Source: Promethearchaeia archaeon
Lineage (GTDB): Archaea > Asgardarchaeota > Lokiarchaeia > Sigyniarchaeales > SOKP01
Assembly: GCA_046497275.1 (NCBI GenBank)
Contig: JAWOFX010000054.1
Coordinates: 108,095-140,094, forward strand
Reading direction: 5' to 3'
Length of the DNA: 32,000 nucleotides
This document shows, piece after piece, positions 17,765-27,172 of this stretch. The translations under genes and the position numbers were made by a program. The notes under the pieces are model-generated. The model did no database searches, was not told the DNA's origin, and was given only the letters and a program-made list of their open reading frames with translations. Each line of letters opens with the position of its first letter. The stretch's first letter is position 1.

Positions 17765-19117
17765 ATGTATAAATATAGTGTTTCAATACTGGGAACTGGT
17801 TTTATAGGTCTCTGCTCTGCTGCTTGTTTTGCTAATAAAGATATCAAAGTTTTAGCCTCAACACATAATCAAAAGAAAGCAGAATTAATAAATAAAGGAA
17901 AGGCTCCTTTTTTTGAAAGTGGATTAGATGAAATGTTAGAGGAAATCAATAAGAACGATCCAAGTTTGTTGACATGTGTCTTAGATCAAGAAAAGGCTGT
18001 TCTTGAAACAGATATCTCTATGATAACTCAAGGAACTCCTATGAGAGAAGATAAGAGTATCAGATTAGAGTTCATTGAGAGTACAGCAAAAGAAATTGGT
18101 CAAGCATTAAAATCAACAGATAAATATCATTTAATCGTTGTTAGATCGACTGTTGTTCCGGGAACAACAAGGAATCTCGTAGGAAAGATAATTTCAGATA
18201 TCTCTGGAAAGGAACCAGGAAAAGATTTTGGTTTATGTATGCAACCAGAGTTTCTTGCTGAAGGTCGGTCAATAGAGGATACCCTTTATCCAGATAGAAT
18301 TGTTATAGGAGAATTTGATAAAAAGAGTGGTGATATTTTACAGGAATTTTATGAATATTTTTATGGTGATCATCTTGATAACTGTCCTATTCTTAGAATG
18401 AATCTTGAGAGTGCTGAATTAGTTAAATACGGAAATAATTGCTTACTTTCAAGCAAAATAAGCTATGCTAATGAATTTGCTAATTTTGCTGAACTCGTAC
18501 CAAATGTCGATGTTTCTGAAGTTATGAAAGGAGTTGGTTTAGACTATCGTATTAATCCGAGATTTTTGCGAGCTGGGGTAGGGTTTGGAGGATCATGCTT
18601 TCATAAAGATGTTAATGCAATTAAAGCATGGGCAAAATCCCGAGGGTATGAATCGAGACTATTAAACGCGGTTTTAGATATTAATGATGATCAAGCAATC
18701 CATATAATAGATATAGCTGAAGAATTAATAGGAGATTTGAAAGGAAAAAGAATAACCTTATTAGGATTAGCGTTCAAACCTGGCACCGATGATATGAGAA
18801 ATGCTCCTAGTATTCGCGTAGTAAATGAATTAAGAAAAAGAGGATATACTGACATAATAGGTTATGATCCTATAGCCAAAGAAACTGCGAGTAAAGTTTT
18901 TGGAGATTCAATAGAATATGCTGATTCAATTGAAGAAGCATTAAAGAACTCTGAATTGGCACTTTTAATTACAGAATGGGATGAATTTAAAAAACTTACA
19001 ACTGCTGATTTTAAAAAGTATATGAAACAGCCTAATCTCGTTGACGGGCGTATAATATATCCTTTTGAAGAATTTAAAAAGGAGCTTAATTTTAGATCCA
19101 TAGGACGTACTCAATAG
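17765..19117 (+). CDS. ugd: UDP-glucose/GDP-mannose 6-dehydrogenase family protein (450 aa from ATG 17765)
   Basis: GTGFIG Rossmann motif, QGTP, VRSTVVPGT, QPEFLAEG, AELVKY, catalytic GFGGSCFHKD, GLAFKPGTDDMR, DGR. Confidence 0.92.
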   Translation: MYKYSVSILGTGFIGLCSAACFANKDIKVLASTHNQKKAELINKGKAPFFESGLDEMLEEINKNDPSLLTCVLDQEKAVLETDISMITQGTPMREDKSIRLEFIESTAKEIGQALKSTDKYHLIVVRSTVVPGTTRNLVGKIISDISGKEPGKDFGLCMQPEFLAEGRSIEDTLYPDRIVIGEFDKKSGDILQEFYEYFYGDHLDNCPILRMNLESAELVKYGNNCLLSSKISYANEFANFAELVPNVDVSEVMKGVGLDYRINPRFLRAGVGFGGSCFHKDVNAIKAWAKSRGYESRLLNAVLDINDDQAIHIIDIAEELIGDLKGKRITLLGLAFKPGTDDMRNAPSIRVVNELRKRGYTDIIGYDPIAKETASKVFGDSIEYADSIEEALKNSELALLITEWDEFKKLTTADFKKYMKQPNLVDGRIIYPFEEFKKELNFRSIGRTQ

Positions 19118-19118
19118 A

Positions 19119-19151
19119 CTTTTTTTACATTTACTTTTTTTATTTCTCTTC
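19119..19151 (+). terminator. T-rich terminator after ugd
   Basis: Two T7 runs immediately after the TAG stop. Confidence 0.45.
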
Positions 19152-19227
19152 ATATATTACTCAAAAAGCTTTTATTTTGGAAAGTTAATATTATTTTAAT
19201 TAAATATAATGATAATTCTCGAAGAAA

Positions 19228-20535
19228 TTGAGTGTTAGTGAGAAAATTGTTTTAATAGGAGCGGGATCTTTACAATTTGGTTTAGGTTGTGTCGGTAATA
19301 TTCTTAAAAGCAATATATTAGAAGGATGCAAGATCACCTTACACGATATTGATCCGAAGGGTCTAGAATTAACTTATAAAGCTTGCAAGTCAGCTATAAA
19401 TGAAAAAAATCTTAATTTTATGATTGAACAAACCACTGATAGAGAGGAAGCTCTTAATAATGCTACTTTTATCATAAATTCAATCGAAATTCCTCCACGT
19501 TTTAAATTGTTAAATTATGATTATCGAATTCCTCTGCAATTCGGATGCATGCAAATATCGGGAGAGAATGGAGGACCAGGAGGACTATTCCACTCTTTGC
19601 GTGTTATTCCACCCATCCTAGAAATTTGTGAAGATATAAGTAGAATATGTCCCAATTCCATTCTCATAAATTTTTCCAATCCTATGAATAGGATATGCTT
19701 AGCAATCAAAAGAAAATTTCCAAATATGAAATTTGTTGGTCTTTGTCATGAGTATCAAAATTTCTTACCGTATTTAGAAAGAATATTAGGAAGGAAAGAA
19801 CAAGATCTTGAAATAATTGCAGGGGGATTGAATCACTTTGGAATCCTAATAGATGTTAAATATAAAGAGACACTTAAGGATGTATATCCAGACATTAGAA
19901 AAAGGGGTCCAGAATTTTTATATTCCTTGAAATCTTATGATGGATTTAAATTCATAGCATTTTTTTTGGAGACCTTCGGCTATCTTCCTTATACAACAGA
20001 TAGTCACTATGGAGAGTATATTCATTGGTCTTGGAAGAAAGCGGATATTCCTGCAGTAAGAAATTTTTGGAGTTCATATGAAAAATTACTCAAAAGAGGG
20101 CAAAATAAATTACTGAATAAGATCAAACGGGAAAAAGGAGCGAGTTTAGTAAATCCAGACGAAGAAAGAGCAATTCCAATAATTGAAGGTATAATAACTG
20201 ATGCAAATTATATTGAGCCCTCTGTAAATATCCCTAATGAGAATATCTTTTCAAATTTACCAAAAGATCTAACAGTGGAAGCACCCGCTTTAATCAATAA
20301 AAAAGGGATAAATCCAATAGAATTAGGGGAATATCCAATAGAAATTACTCCATTAATTAAACAACAAGCTGCAATTCAAGATCTTGTATTAGAAGCAATA
20401 TTTAAAAAATCAAAAGATTTAGTTTTGCAAGCCCTATTAGCAGACCCGGTTATTGATAGTCCTTGGCAAGCGAAAAAGATTCTCAAAGAATTACTTCGAT
20501 TAGAGAAAAATTATATTCAAATTGATTTAGAATAG
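19228..20535 (+). CDS. Glycoside hydrolase family 4 (NAD+/Mn2+-dependent alpha-glycosidase)
   Basis: IGAGSLQF, GENGGPGG, NFSNP, GLCHEY, GLNHF, DSHYGEY, VEAPA, QALLADP. Confidence 0.9.
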   Translation: MSVSEKIVLIGAGSLQFGLGCVGNILKSNILEGCKITLHDIDPKGLELTYKACKSAINEKNLNFMIEQTTDREEALNNATFIINSIEIPPRFKLLNYDYRIPLQFGCMQISGENGGPGGLFHSLRVIPPILEICEDISRICPNSILINFSNPMNRICLAIKRKFPNMKFVGLCHEYQNFLPYLERILGRKEQDLEIIAGGLNHFGILIDVKYKETLKDVYPDIRKRGPEFLYSLKSYDGFKFIAFFLETFGYLPYTTDSHYGEYIHWSWKKADIPAVRNFWSSYEKLLKRGQNKLLNKIKREKGASLVNPDEERAIPIIEGIITDANYIEPSVNIPNENIFSNLPKDLTVEAPALINKKGINPIELGEYPIEITPLIKQQAAIQDLVLEAIFKKSKDLVLQALLADPVIDSPWQAKKILKELLRLEKNYIQIDLE

Positions 20536-20571
20536 ATTTCTATATATTATCTTATTTTTTCTAAAAATTTT

Positions 20572-21588
20572 TTATCGATATTCATCTCCACAATCACCAA
20601 TGATTTCTAAAAGATTTCTTGATTTTGACCTTACTCTATTGAGACTATCGAAATCTTCTTGATCTAATGAAAAGTTGAATACTCGAAGGTTCTCTTCGAT
20701 ATGTTCTGATAATCCTAGTCTCACACCAATAATTGCACCTGCTACCGCTGGGTTTTCTAAAACATAGCGAACAGCTACATTTGCTATACTAACATGATGT
20801 TTATCTGCAATTTTTTTAATAATATTCAGATATTGCTGGAATAAACTCCATCCTCCCCACATATTAACCATATTTTTATATTTATGAAGGCTGGCAGTAT
20901 TTAATTGTGAGGTGAAAGGTTCACTTTTATTTAAAAATCTATCTGTAATAAGTCCACCTCCTAGAGTTCCATATACGAATAAGTTAATATTTTCCTTTTC
21001 ACATAATTCTTGCATCAAAGATTCTGGACGCGTGTCTATTAGAGAATATTGAACTTGGTTAGAAATTATTTTTATGCCCATATCAATAAATTCTTGAAGA
21101 TGTTTAGTATCAAAATTAGTTAATCCTAAATACTTTATTATACCTGCTTCTCTTAAATCATCCAAATATTCAATAGCTTTCAAATAATTTTTATCATTAT
21201 AATCCCACCAATGGAATTGAAGCATATCCAAAGAATTCATACCCATCCTTTCCCTTGATATATTAACTGCCTCTTCTACTATTTCCCTAGTAATTTTTTG
21301 AGGACGAGGTACCCATTTGGTAAAGAACTGCAATTTTTCAAGTAATTCTATTTCTCCTTGATCCTTAAGTTTTTCTCGGAAAATTTTTACAAAATTTTCA
21401 GCAGGGCCATAATGGTCTGCTAAATCCCAAGTAATGAGGCCATTTTCTACATGATTTTTCATACTTTTTATAGCATCTTTCTTGTTAATATTTCCATGAG
21501 CTCCAGAAACTTGCCACATTCCATTAATTATCCGGGAGATTTGAGTATCTTTATCTATATTATATAAAGTAATTTGACTTAGATTCAT
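20572..21588 (-). CDS. Aldo/keto reductase
   Basis: NGMWQ, DLADHYG, FTKW, LDMLQFHWWDY, GLTNFD, SNQVQYS; catalytic D/Y/K/H tetrad present. Confidence 0.92.
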   Translation of the reverse strand: MNLSQITLYNIDKDTQISRIINGMWQVSGAHGNINKKDAIKSMKNHVENGLITWDLADHYGPAENFVKIFREKLKDQGEIELLEKLQFFTKWVPRPQKITREIVEEAVNISRERMGMNSLDMLQFHWWDYNDKNYLKAIEYLDDLREAGIIKYLGLTNFDTKHLQEFIDMGIKIISNQVQYSLIDTRPESLMQELCEKENINLFVYGTLGGGLITDRFLNKSEPFTSQLNTASLHKYKNMVNMWGGWSLFQQYLNIIKKIADKHHVSIANVAVRYVLENPAVAGAIIGVRLGLSEHIEENLRVFNFSLDQEDFDSLNRVRSKSRNLLEIIGDCGDEYR

Positions 21589-21726
21589 CTTTTTCCATCC
21601 TGATATAGTAATATTATGGTTAGAAATTATCTTCTACTCTTAAATGAATTCTATAAAAGTTATAATTTCATTATTTAAATGTACAAATTATTGAAATAAT
21701 CATAATATTAGAGATCTAATCAATTG

Positions 21727-22926
21727 TTATTTCTTTTTTCTAAGTTGAAAAAATACTTTTACAACCAAAATTAAAGAAAAGATAACAAGAAAAGAATTAA
21801 AAAGGAAAGGTGCCTCAAAACTTACATATTCATATAAAATGCCCGCTATGAATGGACCGGGGATTAAGGCGAGACTAGCAGCCGATTGAGCAATTCCCAT
21901 ATACTTTCCTTGCTCCTTTTCACTTTTAATTCTTGATATAAGCCCGGGTATGGCAGTTCTCATGAATCCACTGCCAGTAGATAAAATTGCGACTAAAAAA
22001 TAGAATAAAAAAATATAAGGTAAATAAGGCATCAGAACAATTCCTATTGAAATCATAATCACTCCAATAATGATTAAATTCATTTCTCCAACTACTTTTG
22101 AGAGCTTCTCCATAAGAAAGCCTTGAATTATGAATTGTAATACGCCAATAAAAACAAATACGAGAGCTAAATCCAACTCTGTAAAACCAAAAAATGCTTG
22201 AGAAACATATGGAATAAGTATAGGGATTGCTGCGAAAGCATAGCTTACTATGAAAAAAATAACCAATAAAGAAGGAATAATCGGTTGTCTTAAAGCTTCT
22301 TTGATATTTTTAAATTTACTTTTATCGTTTTTGATCAACCTATTTTTATTTCCTTTTTTTTTAGGAACTGTTTCGGGTAAGAAGAAATATGCAAATATCA
22401 GATTTATTAATGTTAAAATGATTGCTAGTAAACCTGAAGCCCAATAACCGATAATACTTAGGGCACCTCCAATAAGTGGACCAAAGATGAACCCCACTGA
22501 AAATGCAGCTCTTACTTTTCCTAATCCCGACGTTCTTTTTTCATTGCTAGTAATATCGGCCATGTAAGCTTGTGCTATGGATACCTCTGTAGCAATACCT
22601 GATAAAATTCTTGAAGCTAATAAAAACCAATAGGAAAATGCAATTGTAAACATAAAAAAACTAAGACTTGATATTCCTATAGAGAGAATCAATAATTTTC
22701 TTCTTCCATATGTATCAGATAAGTTTCCCATTATTGGGGAAAAAATGAATTGCATCAATGCAAAAACCAACATTAATAAGCCTAATCCCGCAGCTCCGAC
22801 GCCAAACGATTCCGAAATAAAAGGCAATAAAGGTATTATCATAAAATACCCAGTAGCGTCAATAAATACTGTCAAAAGGATAATAGCCTTTTTTAAGCGT
22901 GATGACTCTGAATTTATCTGATCCAA
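21727..22926 (-). CDS. MFS transporter, TetA/DHA1-like drug:H+ antiporter
   Basis: About 12 TM segments, motif A GNLSDTYGRR, antiporter motif C GFIFGPLIGG, LPET; TTG start. Confidence 0.9.
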   Translation of the reverse strand: MDQINSESSRLKKAIILLTVFIDATGYFMIIPLLPFISESFGVGAAGLGLLMLVFALMQFIFSPIMGNLSDTYGRRKLLILSIGISSLSFFMFTIAFSYWFLLASRILSGIATEVSIAQAYMADITSNEKRTSGLGKVRAAFSVGFIFGPLIGGALSIIGYWASGLLAIILTLINLIFAYFFLPETVPKKKGNKNRLIKNDKSKFKNIKEALRQPIIPSLLVIFFIVSYAFAAIPILIPYVSQAFFGFTELDLALVFVFIGVLQFIIQGFLMEKLSKVVGEMNLIIIGVIMISIGIVLMPYLPYIFLFYFLVAILSTGSGFMRTAIPGLISRIKSEKEQGKYMGIAQSAASLALIPGPFIAGILYEYVSFEAPFLFNSFLVIFSLILVVKVFFQLRKKK

Positions 22927-23073
22927 ATTAAATTCCCTACCTAATTAAAATGATATATCTATACAAAATATACCTTTAAAATGAAAATCTATGAGATCTT
23001 AAGAAATTTACTTCTCTAAAAAATTAGTTTTATGAATTTATATATATTATAAAAAAATAAAATAAATAAGAAA

Positions 23074-23934
23074 TTAAATAGAATCTAAGAATTTTTTCAT
23101 TTTTTCCAAGCGCTCTTCTCGAGACATTCTGTTTTTAATAGGATGATGCTCTCCATGAAGCGCTTTATGAAACGCTGGCTTTTCTTTATTCTGATAGATG
23201 ACTCCGATTGGATATTTATCTTTTGTCTTAGCTAATTTCATAGCTCTATCGTAGTCTTTTCCATTATCTTCGATTATTTCAGTTTTTTTGTTGTAAAGTG
23301 CCCAGGTGTTAACATAAGCAACCGCTGGTTGGAGTACTTTAACAAATGAGAATCCTTCATGTTCTATAGCTTTAACAAGTGTATTTACCATATGGTCTAA
23401 CTTACCTGGAAATACTTGGGCAACAAAAGTGGCATTTGCTTCTAAAATAAGAGATAAAGGATTAAAAGGCTCTTCGGGACTACCTTCAGGAGTGGAGGGT
23501 CCTTTATATCCTTTTTCACTAGTTGGTGTGAATTGTCCAGTAGTTAAAGCATATACATTATTATCATGCATAACTAGAGTCATATCTGAATTTCTTTTAG
23601 CGGCAAATATTGTATGAGAGATTCCTTCCGCCAAGGCATCACCATCACCCGAAAATGCAATTACTTTAAGATCCGGATTAGCGATTTTTATACCTTGGAC
23701 AGTTGCCGTAGGTCTTCCATGTAAAGAATATAATCCATGTAATCTAAGATAATCCCATATTTTTCCATGACATCCAATTCCAGCAGATATGGCAAAATTC
23801 TCTCGTTTATAACCTTTCTCCTCTAATTTTACTATAACCTGTTTTATAGATTGCAGAATGCCAAAATTTCCACATCCTGGACACCAAGTATTCTCAGCAT
23901 ATGTGTCTAATCCTTCTTGTAGTTTCATTCTCAT
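23074..23934 (-). CDS. korB: 2-oxoacid:ferredoxin oxidoreductase beta subunit
   Basis: WCPGCGN, GIGC, HGR, TPP motif GDGD...DNNVYALTTGQ; 4-nt overlap with the alpha gene. Substrate specificity not determinable. Confidence 0.92.
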   Translation of the reverse strand: MRMKLQEGLDTYAENTWCPGCGNFGILQSIKQVIVKLEEKGYKRENFAISAGIGCHGKIWDYLRLHGLYSLHGRPTATVQGIKIANPDLKVIAFSGDGDALAEGISHTIFAAKRNSDMTLVMHDNNVYALTTGQFTPTSEKGYKGPSTPEGSPEEPFNPLSLILEANATFVAQVFPGKLDHMVNTLVKAIEHEGFSFVKVLQPAVAYVNTWALYNKKTEIIEDNGKDYDRAMKLAKTKDKYPIGVIYQNKEKPAFHKALHGEHHPIKNRMSREERLEKMKKFLDSI

Positions 23935-25598
23935 AGCACCTCCTTTAATCTTTTTGATAATTCAATTGGATCAAATGGACGAGCATTATACTGGTTAATT
24001 AATTTCTTAACTTCAATTCTTGCTTTTTCTTTGATAATTTGAGTGAATTGTCCCCATTTATTTAATTCTACAGAGATTACAGGTTGATTTTGATATTTTT
24101 GAATTTCCCAAACGGGAAATGGTCGGAGATAGATTGGTTGAACTACAGTAGCGTCAATATTACCAAATTTCAGGGCTTCTAATACACTCATAGTTGTTGA
24201 CCCCCATGTAAAGATTAAAGGACCGCTATCCCCATATACATTTACAGTTTTCAAGTTATTCTTCATATATTCAATCATCGCCTCTCTCTTTCGATAACGC
24301 TTATCATGCATCTTTGCTGTTATATCTGGATCCTCAGTAGTTATTCCTAATTCGTCATGTTCATAACTATTCCATTTGACTAAATCATCTGATGGAATAA
24401 ATTTCATTGGAGAAATTCCATCTTCTGTATCTAAATATCTTTTATATTCGCCTTCTCCCTCAAATAATTTAGGTTCTGCCCATTTAGTTTTTTTTAAATC
24501 TAAATCAACAGTTATATGACTTTCAGAGAGGTGTTTAGAAGTTAGAATAATCGCAGGAGTTTGAAATCGATATGTTAAATCAAATAATTCGGAAGATAAA
24601 TAGAATGCTTCCTCCATAGAAGCGGGAGAAGCAACAATTCTAAGAAAATCTCCATGACCACTATTTAATGCATATTGTAGATCTCCTTGTTCAGTGTATG
24701 TTGGGACTCCACTTGCTGGTGCTGGACGACTTGTGAGTACTACAACAAGCGGTGCTTCTGACATCCCAGCTAATGAATATCCTTCATTCATGAGTGCGTA
24801 TCCTCCGCCACTTGAAGCAACCATCGTTTTCGCTCCCGAAAATGAAGACCCAATCGCCATATTAATTACAGCAATTTCATTTTCGGGCTGAACAACAGAA
24901 AGATTGAATTCTTTTTTGTGAGCTGCGAGGAAGTGAAGTATTGAAGAAGCTGGAGTCATTGGATATGCAAAATAACAATCTAAACCCCCAGCAACTGCTC
25001 CTAAAGCAAGAGACTCGTTACCAGTTAATATAGGTCTTTTCTTATCACCTTTATCTAATTTAAATTTTCCCCCTATTTTTGAGTCTACAAAATTATATAT
25101 TTCAGTAGCATAAGCAATATTATCTTCCCAAGTTTTCTCTGGAAATTCCTCTCTTAATATTTCTTCTAACATATCTTTTGATTGTCCAGTAGCAGATGCT
25201 AAGACAGCAAATGCTCCAACTCCAAACATTAGTTCCTTTGCCTTATATTCTTTAGCTTTTGATGAAAATGGAGCTCCAATTCCGTTCGCATCTTCTTGTT
25301 TATCTGAGTTAAATATTAGAATTCCATTTTCACCTATCTTTTCTTTGTGATTATTATAACTTCTCTCATCTGAATTGACTATTAACTCCACTTCATTCTC
25401 ATACTGACTACTTATCCATCTATTTGCGGTGCTTACTACAGAATAATTATGGCCTCCTTGGATCAAAGACATATAGTCATCTCTTTGAAAAATTTGCCTT
25501 CCCATTTTAGTAAATAGTTTAGCTGCGATTGATCCCGATTTCTTAACTCCTTCACCAGCTTTCCCACCAACAATAAACGTAAATACATCTTTTACCAT
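23931..25598 (-). CDS. korA: 2-oxoacid:ferredoxin oxidoreductase alpha subunit (gamma-alpha fusion)
   Basis: GKAGEG, GGHN, TGNE, YPMTP, QPENEIA, SSGGG, EAP, PTYTEQGD, EHDELG, WGST. Confidence 0.93.
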   Translation of the reverse strand: MVKDVFTFIVGGKAGEGVKKSGSIAAKLFTKMGRQIFQRDDYMSLIQGGHNYSVVSTANRWISSQYENEVELIVNSDERSYNNHKEKIGENGILIFNSDKQEDANGIGAPFSSKAKEYKAKELMFGVGAFAVLASATGQSKDMLEEILREEFPEKTWEDNIAYATEIYNFVDSKIGGKFKLDKGDKKRPILTGNESLALGAVAGGLDCYFAYPMTPASSILHFLAAHKKEFNLSVVQPENEIAVINMAIGSSFSGAKTMVASSGGGYALMNEGYSLAGMSEAPLVVVLTSRPAPASGVPTYTEQGDLQYALNSGHGDFLRIVASPASMEEAFYLSSELFDLTYRFQTPAIILTSKHLSESHITVDLDLKKTKWAEPKLFEGEGEYKRYLDTEDGISPMKFIPSDDLVKWNSYEHDELGITTEDPDITAKMHDKRYRKREAMIEYMKNNLKTVNVYGDSGPLIFTWGSTTMSVLEALKFGNIDATVVQPIYLRPFPVWEIQKYQNQPVISVELNKWGQFTQIIKEKARIEVKKLINQYNARPFDPIELSKRLKEVL

Positions 25599-25988
25599 TT
25601 TTAATTGAACCTTTTATTGAATTTTAGCATTATTTCACTTATAATTACATTAAAGACTTATCTATTTGAAAAATATTTAAATTTATTGATTATAAATTTT
25701 TAATCCTTTACTTTTGAAACGATTGTTTAATTTAATAAGCGAAAATTCTCTAGTCTATAAAATAAATGACTGCCATTAGAGATTTACCTCAATCTGTTAA
25801 AAATATTATCAAATAATCTGCTATTAAATTAATTTATCGATTAATAAATGAGATAATACTCCTTTGGGAGGGAAGTTATGATTGGAGGGTTCTAATCCAT
25901 TTTTTAACTTTTTCGAGAAAACCCATGATTCTATTTATTCCATTATAATAATCGTCATTTCTTAGATTTTTTTAATTATTGGAAGATT

Positions 25989-26415
25989 TTAATTCTTTTT
26001 TCTGCTAAATTCATCTAAAACACGTTCACAAGCTTCTAGAACATTCTCAATATCATCTTTTAGAATAAAAGCATCTTCCTTAAAATTTTCCTTAGAAATG
26101 CCTTCAATATACCCATATGCCGCAGGACCTCTTTTATCGACTAAATTATTTAAAAGTTTAGCATAGAAATCCAGATTATCTGAAAAAAATACAGGTAAAT
26201 CTTTTTGCTTTAAGTGAATTAAGATATTTGAGATATCATGCTTTTTAGGGTATTCTATACCATATAAAATTAAAATTGCTTTAAGAGCTTGTTCTATTGC
26301 CATCTCATAAGAATAAATAACATCATCCCATCTCTCATCGTCTAATGCTCGAATTGCACTCTGATACCATTCTTGCCCTCTGTAATCCTCTTCGACTTGT
26401 TTCAGAATTTTTCAT
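25989..26415 (-). pseudogene. HEPN-domain toxin-like gene, frameshifted near 26373
   Basis: ATG 26415 overlaps the MNT stop (ATGA) and reads MKNSETSRRGLQRA, stopping at codon 27. The HEPN body (EWYQSAIRALDDERWDDVIYSYEMAIEQALKA...YPKKHDI) lies in the +1 frame and continues into track ORF 25989..26303. Confidence 0.75.
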
Positions 26416-26929
26416 AGTTCTATTATATCACCCCTTTTTATATCCCCTCGTTCCCAATAAAAATCGTTTTTGTCTACAAAAACTCGTTTTAAATTCTTTT
26501 TATTAATCCGTTTTTTATATTTTTCGATAAATCCGATACCTATATCTTTAGGATCATAAAGAATAATTCCATCAATGGCAATATCGTAAAATAGGGTTCT
26601 AAATCTTTTTAATTCCTCTTTTTTTAGAGACAATATAGATAGTGGATGATTTTTCATTTTATTATAAAGTTCAGTCCCATAAATTTCATTATAGAATTCT
26701 ATAGTGAGTTTAGATATATCAAAATCAGTATTTTTTTTTTTAATTCATTTGAAAGGATTAAAAACAAGTCGACATCGCTCTCTTCATTCCATATATCTCG
26801 CGCAACGGATCCATATAAGATTAATGATAATAAATTTTCATTTATTCTTTTTTTGAGGTGTTGAAGATATAATTTTAAATATTTCCTAAAAAATTCAGGT
26901 ATCTCAGAAATATTTTTCTTAATTTTCAT
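26412..26929 (-). pseudogene. Minimal nucleotidyltransferase (MNT) antitoxin-like gene split by a -1 frameshift in an A11 run
   Basis: 5' part has GSVARDIWNEESDVDL. At the A11 tract (26741-26731) the -1 frame reads on without stops (NTDFDISKLTIEFYNEIYG...) into ORF 26412..26657 (DIAIDGIILYD); joined product 172 aa. Confidence 0.8.
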
Positions 26930-27172
26930 TTCGGTGATTAATTCTTTTCTACTTTAATATAGTTTTATATCATATGAGAATTTTAATTTAATGGTTTTCT
27001 TTATTCTTGTTCAATTTACTGCATATAATCTAAGAAATATGTGAAATTTTTTCTTAATATCTTGTCGATTTAGGAATTATTGAAATTTTAGATAATTTTA
27101 AATTAGAATTCTTTTTTGATTATTTTAATATTTAGACATTTTTAAGAATATATAGTTTAAAGGGGTTTTTAT

